Below the pieces are notes generated by a model, which was not told where the DNA came from, searched no databases, and saw nothing but the letters and a program-made list of their open reading frames with translations. Below, piece after piece: positions 26,001 through 35,861 of a stretch of 35,861 bases of DNA. Numbering within the stretch: the first letter of the stretch is position 1; each line of letters starts with the position of its first letter. The DNA lies in the NCBI GenBank assembly GCA_002189035.1, contig NEEC01000501.1, positions 1 through 35,861 of the forward strand. Direction: 5' to 3'. A program made the translations under genes and the position numbers. Origin of the DNA: Utricularia gibba. Taxonomy: Eukaryota; Plantae; Magnoliophyta.

Positions 26001-29000
26001 CGGACTACAACTAACTCTCGGTGCAAGCCAAACCTTACCTTTGTCCCGTTCCAGGTGCACCCAAAGACCGCCTGCTCAAGTATAAAGTAAGTTGTTGAAA
26101 AAATCATGTGGGGTGCACGTGATATCGCAATTTAAACAAATGCAACATTGTATTCATCGATTTGCATCCTTTTGTCCTCATGAGCCATAAAGAATCGCGG
26201 GCCGGACCAAGTTCCTAGCGAGACTGGCCGCCACAAAACGAGAAGCTGTTCCTTGAAAAACCATGTAGGCAACACCGAAAACCGAACGTTAATAAATACA
26301 TCACTTTCTTTGCCGGGCTACAACTTACTTTGGCCAAGGCCTAAGCTGACTTTTTCCGGTTCCAAGTGCACCCAAAGACCGCCTTCTCAAGTATAAAGTA
26401 AGTTGTTGAAAAAATCATGTGGGGTGCACGTGACATCATAATTTAAACAAATGCATCATTTTTTTTTAATCGATTTGCATCCAGTTGACCTCATGAGCCA
26501 TACAGAATCGGGGTCAAGGACCAAGTTCCCAGCGAGACTGGCCGCCACAAAACGAGAAGCGGTTCCTTGAAAAACCATGTAGGCAGCCCCGAAAACCGAA
26601 CGATAATAAATACATCACTTTATTTGCCGGACTACAACTAACTCTCGGGCAAGCCAAACCTTACCTTTGTCCCGTTCCAGTGCACCCAAAGACCGCCTGC
26701 TCAAGTATAAAGTAAGTTGTTAAAAAAATCATGTGGGGTGCACGTGAATCGTAATTTAAACAAATGCAACATTTTTTTTCATCGATTTGCATCCTTTTGA
26801 CCTCATGAGCCATAAAGAATCGCGGGCCCGGACCAAGTTCCTAGCGAGACTGGCCGCCACAAAACGAGAAGCTGTTCCTTGAAAAACCATGTAGGCAACA
26901 CCGAAAACCGAACGTTAATAAATACATCACTTTCTTTGCCGGGCTACAACTTACTTTGGGCAAGGCCTAAGCTGACCTTTTTCCGGTTCCAAGTGCCCCA
27001 AAGACCGCCTCCTCAAGTATAAAGTAAGTTGTTAAAAAAATCATGTGGGGTGCACGTGACATCATAATTTAAACAAATGCATCATTTTTTTTAATCGATT
27101 TGCATCCAGTTGACCTCATGAGCCATACAGAATCGGGGTCAAGGACCAAGTTCCCAGCGAGACTGGCCGCCACAAAACGAGAAGCGGTTCCTTGAAAAAC
27201 CATGTAGGCAGCCCCGAAAACCGAACGATAATAAATACATCACTTTATTTGCCGGACTACAACTAACTCTCGGTGCAAGCCAAACCTTACCTTTGTCCCG
27301 TTCCAGGTGCACCCAAAGACCGCCTGCTCAAGTATAAAGTAAGTTGTTGAAAAAATCATGTGGGGTGCACGTGATATCGCAATTTAAACAAATGCATCAT
27401 TGCGATTTGCATCCTTGTCCTCATGAGCCATAAAGAATCGCGGGCCCGGACCAAGTTCCTAGCGAGACTGGCCGCCACAAAACGAGAAGCTGTTCCTTGA
27501 AAAACCATGTAGGCAACACCGAAAACCGAACGTTAATAAATACATCACTTTTTTGCCGGGCTACAACTTACTTTGGGCCAAGGCCTAAGCTGACTTTTTC
27601 CGGTTCCAAGTGCACCCAAAGACCGCCTCTCAAGTATAAAGTAAGTTGTTGAAAAAATCATGTGGGGTGCACGTGACATCATAATTTAAACAAATGCATC
27701 ATTTTTTTTAATCGATTTGCATCCAGTTGACCTCATGAGCCATACAGAATCGGGGTCAAGGACCAAGTTCCCAGCGAGACTGGCCGCCACAAAACGAGAA
27801 GCGGTTCCTTGAAAAACCATGTAGGCAGCCCCCGAAAACCGAACGATAATAAATACATCACTTTATTTGCCGGACTACAACTAACTCTCGTGCAAGCCAA
27901 ACCTTACCTTTGTCCCGTTCCAGGTGCACCCAAAGACCGCCTGCTCAAGTATAAAGTAAGTTGTTGAAAAAATCATGTGGGGTGCACGTGATATCGCAAT
28001 TTAAACAAATGCAACATTGTATTCATCGATTTGCATCCTTTTGTCCTCATGAGCCATAAAGAATCGCGGGCCCGGACCAAGTTCCTAGCGAGACTGGCCG
28101 CCACAAAACGAGAAGCTGTTCCTTGAAAAACCATGTAGGCAACACCGAAAACCGAACGTTAATAAATACATCACTTTCTTTGCCGGGCTACAACTTACTT
28201 TGGGCAAGGCCTAAGCTGATCTTTTTCCGGTTCCAAGTGCACCCAAAGACCGCCTCTCAAGTATAAAGTAAGTTGTTGAAAAAATCATGTGGGGTGCACG
28301 TGACATCATAATTTAAACAAATGCATCATTTTTTTTAATCGATTTGCATCCAGTTGACCTCATGAGCCATACAGAATCGGGGTCAAGGACCAAGTTCCCA
28401 GCGAGACTGGCCGCCACAAAACGAGAAGCGGTTCCTTGAAAAACCATGTAGGCAGCCCCCGAAAACCGAACGATAATAAATACATCACTTTATTTGCCGG
28501 ACTACAACTAACTCTCTGCAAGCCAAACCTTACCTTTGTCCCGTTCCAGTGCACCCAAAGACCGCCTGCTCAAGTATAAAGTAAGTTGTTGAAAAAATCA
28601 TGTGGGGTGCACGTGATATCGCAATTTAAACAAATGCAACATTGTATTCATCGATTTGCATCCTTTTGTCCTCATGAGCCATAAAGAATCGGGGGCCCGG
28701 ACCAAGTTCCTAGCGAGACTGGCCGCCACAAAACGAGAAGCTGTTCCTTGAAAAACCATGTAGGCAACACCGAAAACCGAACGTTAATAAATACATCACT
28801 TTCTTTGCCGGGCTACAACTTACTTTGGGCCAAGGCCTAAGCTGACCTTTTCCGGTTCCAAGTGCCCCCAAGACCGCCTCCTCAAGTATAAAGTAAGTTG
28901 TTAAAAAATCATGTGGGGTGCACGTGACATCGTAATTTAAACAAATGCATCATTTTTTTTAATCGATTTGCATCCAGTTGACCTCATGAGCCATACAGAA

Positions 29001-31098
29001 TCGGGGTCAAGGACCAAGTTCCCAGCGAGACTGGCCGCCACAACGAGAAGCGGTTCCTTGAAAAACCATGTAGGCAGCCCCGAAAACCGAACGATAATAA
29101 ATACATCACTTTATTTGCCGGACTACAACTAACTCTCGGTGCAAGCCAAACCTTACCTTTGTCCCGTTCCAGGTGCACCCAAAGACCGCCTGCTCAAGTA
29201 TAAAGTAAGTTGTTGAAAAAATCATGTGGGGTGCACGTGATATCGCAATTTAAAAAAAATGCATCATTTTTTTTAATCGATTTGCATCCCCTCATGAGCC
29301 ATAAAGAATCGCGGGCCCGGACCAAGTTCCTAGCGAGACTGGCCGCCACAAAACGAGAAGCTGTTCCTTGAAAAACCATGTAGGCAACACCGAAAACCGA
29401 ACGTTAATAAATACATCACTTTCTTTGCCGGGCTACAACTTACTTTGGGCCAAGGCCTAAGCTGATCTTTTTCCGGTTCCAAGTGCACCCAAAGACCGCC
29501 TCTCAAGTATAAAAGTAAGTTGTTGAAAAAATCATGTGGGGTGCACGTGACATCATAATTTAAACAAATGCATCATTTTTTTTAATCGATTTGCATCCAG
29601 TTGACCTCATGAGCCATACAGAATCGGGGTCAAGGACCAAGTTCCCAGCGAGACTGGCCGCCACAAAACGAGAAGCGGTTCCTTGAAAAACCATGTAGGC
29701 AGCCCCGAAAACCGAACGATAATAAATACATCACTTTATTTGCCGGACTACAACTAACTCTCGGTGCAAGCCAAACCTTACCTTTGTCCCGTTCCAGGTG
29801 CACCCAAAGACCGCCTGCTCAAGTATAAAGTAAGTTGTTGAAAAAATCATGTGGGGTGCACGTGATATCGCAATTTAAACAAATGCAACATTGTATTCAT
29901 CGATTTGCATCCTTTTGTCCTCATGAGCCATAAAGAATCGCGGGCCGGACCAAGTTCCTAGCGAGACTGGCCGCCACAAAACGAGAAGCTGTTCCTTGAA
30001 AAACCATGTAGGCACACCCGAAAACCGAACGTTAATAAATACATCACTTTCTTTGCCGGGCTACAACTTACTTTGGGCCAAGGCCTAAGCTGATCTTTTT
30101 CCGGTTCCAAGTGCACCCAAAGACCGCCTTCTCAAGTATAAAGTAAGTTGTTGAAAAAATCATGTGGGGTGCACGTGACATCATAATTTAAACAAATGCA
30201 TCATTTTTTTTAATCGATTTGCATCCAGTTGACCTCATGAGCCATACAGAATCGGGGTCAAGGACCAAGTTCCCAGCGAGACTGGCCGCCACAAAACGAG
30301 AAGCGGTTCCTTGAAAAACCATGTAGGCAGCCCCCGAAAACCGAACGATAATAAATACATCACTTTATTTGCCGACTACAACTAACTCTCGGTGCAAGCC
30401 AAACCTTACCTTTGTCCCGTTCCAGGTGCACCCAAAGACCGCCTGCTCAAGTATAAAGTAAGTTGTTGAAAAAATCATGTGGGGTGCACGTGATATCAAT
30501 TTAAACAAATGCATCATTGTATTCATCGATTTGCATCCTTTTGTCCTCATGAGCCATAAAGAATCGCGGGCCCGGACCAAGTTCCTAGCGAGACTGGCCG
30601 CCACAAAACGAGAAGCTGTTCCTTGAAAAACCATGTAGGCACACCGAAAACCGAACGTTAATAAATACATCACTTTCTTTGCCGGGCTACAACTTACTTT
30701 GGGCCAAGCCTAAGCTGACCTTTTTCCGGTTCCAAGTGCCCCAAGACCGCCTCCTCAAGTATAAAGTAAGTTGTTAAAAAATCATGTGGGGTGCACGTGA
30801 CATCATAATTTAAACAAATGCATCATTTTTTTTAATCGATTTGCATCCAGTTGACCTCATGAGCCATACAGAATCGGGGTCAAGGACCAAGTTCCCAGCG
30901 AGACTGGCCGCCACAAAACGAGAAGCGGTTCCTTGAAAAACCATGTAGGCAGCCCCCGAAAACCGAACGATAATAAATACATCACTTTATTTGCCGGACT
31001 ACAACTAACTCTCGGTGCAAGCCAAACCTTACCTTTGTCCCGTTCCAGGTGCACCCAAAGACCGCCTGCTCAAGTATAAAGTAAGTTGTTGAAAAAAT
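23001..31098 (+). repeat. Right sub-array: regular (AB)n HOR whose B units carry AAATGCATCA
   Basis: All 13 B units from 23306 to 30783 read GCATCA. There is no GGATCA after position ~22465. Confidence 0.8.
24547..24862 (+). repeat. Representative type B monomer (316 bp)
   Basis: Diagnostic words: GTGACATCATAAT, G(G/C)ATCATTTTTTTTA, CCAGTTGACC, CGGGGTCAAGGACC, TTCCCAGCG, AAGCGGTT, GGCAGCCCCCG, AACGATAAT, CTCTCGGTGCAAGCCAAACCTTACC, CCTGCTCAAG. About 40 differences from A by hand alignment (~87% identity). The 316-bp length is also seen at 9455 and 25789. Confidence 0.95.
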
Positions 31099-34000
31099 CA
31101 TGTGGGGTGCACGTGATATAATTTAAACAAATGCATCATTTTTTTTAATCGATTTGCATCCAGTTGACCTCATGAGCCATAAAGAATCGCGGGCCCGGAC
31201 CAAGTTCCTAGCGAGACTGGCCGCCACAAAACGAGAAGCTGTTCCTTGAAAAACCATGTAGGCAACACCGAAAACCGAACGTTAATAAATACATCACTTT
31301 CTTTGCCGGGCTACAACTTACTTTGGCCAAGCCTAAGCTGACCTTTTTCCGTTCCAAGTGCACCCAAAGACCGCCTCTCAAGTATAAAGTAAGTTGTTGA
31401 AAAAATCATGTGGGGTGCACGTGACATCATAATTTAAACAAATGCATCATTTTTTTTAATCGATTTGCATCCAGTTGACCTCATGAGCCATACAGAATCG
31501 GGGTCAAGGACCAAGTTCCCAGCGAGACTGGCCGCCACAAAACGAGAAGCGTTCCTTGAAAAACCATGTAGGCAGCCGAAAACGAACGATAATAAATACA
31601 TCACTTTATTTGCCGGACTACAACTACTTTCGAACCTTTTTCCGTTCCAAAGACCGCCTCCTCAAGTATAAAGTAAGTTGTTGAAAAAATCATGTGGGGT
31701 GCACGTGATATCGTAATTTAAACAAATGCATCATTTTTTTTAATCGATTTGCATCCTTGACCTCATGAGCCATACAGAATCGGGGTCAAGGACCAAGTTC
31801 CCAGCGAGACTGGCCGCCACAAAACGAGAAGCTGTTCCTTGAAAAACCATGTAGGCAGCCCCGAAAACCGAACGTAAATAAATACATCACTTTATTTGCC
31901 GGACTACAACTAACTCTCGGTGCAAGCCAAACCTTACCTTTGCCCGTTCCAGGTGCACCCAAAGACCGCCTGCTCAAGTATAAAGTAAGTTGTTGAAAAA
32001 ATCATGTGGGGTGCACGTGATATCGCAATTTAAACAAATGCATCATTTATTCATCGATTTGCATCCTTTTGACCTCATGAGCCATAAAGAATCGGGGCCG
32101 GACCAAGTTCCAGCGAGACTGGCCGCCACAAAACGAGAAGCTGTTCCTTGAAAAACCATGTAGGCAGCCCCGAAAACCGAACGTAATAAATACATCACTT
32201 TATTTGCCGGCTACACTAACTCTCGGCAAGCCAAACCTCCTTTTCCGTTCCAGGTGCACCCAAAGACCGCCTGCTCAAGTATAAAGTAAGTTGTTGAAAA
32301 AATCATGTGGGGTGCACGTGACATCAAATTTAAACAAATGCATCATTTTTTTTAATCGATTTGCATCCAGTTGACCTCATGAGCCATACAGAATCGGGGT
32401 CAAGGACCAAGTTCCCAGCGAGACTGGCCGCCACAAAACGAGAAGCGGTTCCTTGAAAAACCATGTAGGCAGCCCCAAAACCGAACGATAATAAATACAT
32501 CACTTTATTTGCCGGACTACAACTAACTCTCGGTGCAAGCCAAACCTTACCTTTGTCCCGTTCCAGGTGCACCCAAAGACCGCCTGCTCAAGTATAAAGT
32601 AAGTTGTTGAAAAAATCATGTGGGGTGCACGTGATATCGCAATTTAAACAAATGCAACATTGTATTTCGATTTGCATCCTTTTGTCCTCATGAGCCATAA
32701 AGAATCGCGGGCCGGACCAAGTTCCTAGCGAGACTGGCCGCCACAAAACGAGAAGCTGTTCCTTGAAAAACCATGTAGGCAACACCGAAAACCGAACGTT
32801 AATAAATACATCACTTTCTTTGCCGGGCTACAACTTACTTTGGGCCAAGGCCTAAGCTGACTTTTTCCGGTTCCAAGTGCCCCCAAGACCGCCTCCTCAA
32901 GTATAAAGTAAGTTGTTAAAAAAATCATGTGGGGTGCACGTGACATCATAATTTAAACAAATGCATCATTTTTTTTAATCGATTTGCATCCAGTTGACCT
33001 CATGAGCCATACAGAATCGGGGTCAAGGACCAAGTTCCCAGCGAGACTGGCCGCCACAAAACGAGAAGCGGTTCCTTGAAAAACCATGTAGGCAGCCCCC
33101 GAAAACCGAACGATAATAAATACATCACTTTATTTGCCGGACTACAAACTCTCGGTGCAAGCCAAACCTTACCTTTGTCCCGTTCCAGGTGCACCCAAAG
33201 ACCGCCTGCTCAAGTATAAAGTAAGTTGTTGAAAAAATCATGTGGGGTGCACGTGACATCATAATTTAAACAAATGCATCATTTTTTTTAATCGATTTGC
33301 ATCCAGTTGACCTCATGAGCCATAAGAATCGGGGTCAAGGACCAAGTTCCCAGCGAGACTGGCCGCCACAAAACGAGAAGCGGTTCCTTGAAAAACCATG
33401 TAGGCAGCCCCCGAAAACCGAACGATAATAAATACATCACTTTATTTGCCGGACTACAACTAACTTCGGGCAAGCCAAACTTACCTTTCCCGTTCCAGGT
33501 GCACCCAAGACCGCCTGCTCAAGTATAAAGTAAGTTGTTGAAAAAATCATGTGGGGTGCACGTGACATCATAATTTAAAAATGCATCATTTTTTTTAATC
33601 GATTTGCATCCAGTTGACCTCATGAGCCATACAGAATCGGGGTCAAGGACCAAGTTCCAGCGAGACTGGCCGCCAAAACGAGAAGCGGTTCCTTGAAAAA
33701 CCATGTAGGCAGCCCCCGAAAACCGAACGATAATAAATACATCACTTTATTTGCCGGACTACAACTAACTCTCGGCAAGCCAAACCTTACCTTTGTCCCG
33801 TTCCAGGTGCACCCAAAGACCGCCTGCTCAAGTATAAAGTAAGTTGTTAAAAAATCATGTGGGGTGCACGTGACATCAAATTTAAACAAATGCATCATTT
33901 TTTTTAATCGATTTGCATCCAGTTGACCTCATGAGCCATACAGAATCGGGGTCAAGGACCAAGTTCCCAGCGAGACTGGCCGCCACAAAACGAGAAGCGG

Positions 34001-35861
34001 TTCCTTGAAAAACCATGTAGGCAGCCCCCGAAAACCGAACGATAATAAATACATCACTTTATTTGCCGGACTACAACTAACTCTCGGCAAGCCAAACTTA
34101 CCTTTGTCCGTTCCAGGTGCACCCAAAGACCGCCTGCTCAAGTATAAAGTAAGTTGTTGAAAAAATCATGTGGGGTGCACGTGACATCATAATTTAAACA
34201 AATGCATCATTTTTTTTAATCGATTTGCATCCAGTTGACCTCATGAGCCATACAGAATCGGGGTCAAGGACCAAGTTCCCAGCGAGACTGGCCGCCAAAA
34301 AACGAGAAGCGGTTCCTTGAAAAACCATGTAGGCAGCCCCCGAAAACCGAACGATAATAAATACATCACTTTATTTGCCGGACTACAACTAACTCTCGGC
34401 AAGCCAAACTTACCTTTGTCCCGTTCCAGGTGCACCCAAAGACCGCCTGCTCAAGTATAAAGTAAGTTGTTGAAAAAATCATGTGGGGTGCACGTGACAT
34501 CATAATTTAAACAAATGCATCATTTTTTTAATCGATTTGCATCCAGTTGACCTCATGAGCCATAAAGAATCGGGGCGGACCAAGTTCCCAGCGAGACTGG
34601 CCGCCACAAAACGAGAAGCGTTCCTTGAAAAACCATGTAGGCAGCCCCGAAAACCGAACGATAATAAATACATCACTTTATTTGCCGGACTACAACTAAC
34701 TTCGGGCAAGCCAAAGCTTACCTTTGTCCGTTCCATGCACCCAAAGACCGCCTGCTCAAGTATAAAGTAAGTTGTTGAAAAAATCATGTGGGGTGCACGT
34801 GATATCGCAATTTAAACAAATGCAACATTGTATTCATCGATTTGCATCCTCCTCATGAGCCATAAAGAATCGGGGCGGACCAAGTTCCAGCGAGACTGGC
34901 CGCCACAAAACGAGAAGAAAAACCAGGCAACACCGAAAACCGAACGTTAATAAATACATCACTTTCTTTGCCGGGCTACAACTTACTTTGGGCCAAGGCC
35001 TAAGCCCGGTTCCAAGTGCACCCAAAGACCGCCTCTCAAGTATAAAGTAAGTTGTTGAAAAAATCATGTGGGGTGCACGTGACATCATAATTTAAACAAA
35101 TGCATCATTTTTTTTAATCGATTTGCATCCAGTTGACCTCATGAGCCATACAGAATCGGGGTCAAGGACCAAGTTCCCAGCGAGACTGGCCGCCACAAAA
35201 CGAGAAGCGGTTCCTTGAAAAACCATGTAGGCAGCCCCCGAAAACGAACGATAATAAATACATCACTTTATTTGCCGGACTACAACTAACTCTCGGTGCA
35301 AGCCAAACCTTACCTTTGTCCGTTCCAGGTGCACCCAAAAGACCGCCTGCTCAAGTATAAAGTAAGTTGTTGAAAAAATCATGTGGGGTGCACGTGACAT
35401 CGTAATTTAAACAAATGCATCATTTTTTTTAATCGATTTGCATCCAGTTGACCTCATGAGCCATAAAGAATCGCGGGCCCGGACCAAGTTCCTAGCGAGA
35501 CTGGCCGCCACAAAACGAGAAGCTGTTCCTTGAAAAACCATGTAGGCAACACCGAAAACCGAACGTTAATAAATACATCACTTTCTTTGCCGGGCTACAA
35601 CTTACTTTGGGCAAGGCCTAAGCTGACCTTTTTCCGGTTCCAAGTGCCCCCCAAGACCGCCTCCTCATGTATAAAGTAAGTTGTTAAAAAAATCATGTGG
35701 GGTGCACGTGACATCATAATTTAAACAAATGCATCATTTTTTTTAATCGATTTGCATCCAGTTGACCTCATGAGCCATACAGAATCGGGGTCAAGGACCA
35801 AGTTCCCAGCGAGACTGGCCGCCACAAAACGAGAAGCGGTTCCTTGAAAAACCATGTAGGC
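31099..35861 (+). repeat. Irregular B-rich zone where the dimeric HOR breaks down
   Basis: Unit order: B/A chimera (31099), B (31407), mostly B (31691), A/B chimera (32003), B (32304), A (32617), six B (32926-34784), deleted A (34785), B (35065), B/A chimera (35380), partial B (35694). Confidence 0.8.

Larger units (their letters stand above)
1..35861. repeat. Tandem satellite DNA array, ~315-bp monomers in a ~630-bp A/B higher-order repeat; runs off both window ends
   Basis: The anchor CATGTGGGGTGCACGTGA (or a 1-nt variant) recurs 116 times, at 178, 488, 803, 1116 ... 35380, 35694. All copies are in the same orientation with no unique sequence between them. Mean spacing is (35694-178)/115 = ~309 bp. 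Confidence 0.99.

Noticed and set aside
6020-32925. A longer super-period (multi-kb HOR) marked by recurrent variants such as ATCACTTTTTTGCC or GGGCCGGACC
   Set aside because: Spacings between occurrences are irregular, and the variants are homopolymer-type changes that can recur independently.
68-35088. The many 60-137 aa ORFs in the ORF track (e.g. MHLEPEKDQLRPWPKVSCSP..., MHPVDLMSHTESG...)
   Set aside because: They are the same satellite translated repeatedly on both strands. Frames shift freely between copies, lengths vary, and I recognise no domain. There is no sign of coding constraint.
1-35861. CRISPR array or repeat-spacer system
   Set aside because: There are no unique spacers. The whole ~315-bp unit is repeated and no cas-like ORF is present.
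1-35861. Rolling-circle concatemer of a single ~630-bp circle (eccDNA or amplification artefact)
   Set aside because: The position-dependent allele domains, two register slips and the B-only run are not expected from copying one template. It is not fully excluded without knowing the sample's origin.

Overview
The whole 35,861-bp window is one uninterrupted head-to-tail tandem satellite array, about 45% GC by hand count of one monomer. I find no genes, RNA genes, CRISPR array, transposon or inversion. Using the anchor CATGTGGGGTGCACGTGA I count 116 monomer starts (178 to 35694; mean spacing ~309 bp, best-preserved copies 314-316 bp). Two monomer types, A (314 bp) and B (315-316 bp), are ~87% identical and mostly alternate, giving a ~630-bp higher-order repeat (HOR). 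Each monomer also appears to be an old dimer of ~157-bp half-units (~50% identical), so the hierarchy is ~157 -> ~315 -> ~630 bp. The alternation slips phase at ~4.2 kb and ~22.7-23.0 kb. The second slip coincides with a switch of a diagnostic B allele (GGATCA to GCATCA). The alternation breaks down after ~31 kb and includes a run of six B monomers. All listed ORFs are repeated chance translations of the satellite. I cannot identify the organism or the satellite family. The scale and organisation look like eukaryotic heterochromatic or centromeric satellite (inference). Much of the copy-to-copy variation looks like long-read consensus error, so the fine-scale findings need read-level checking.
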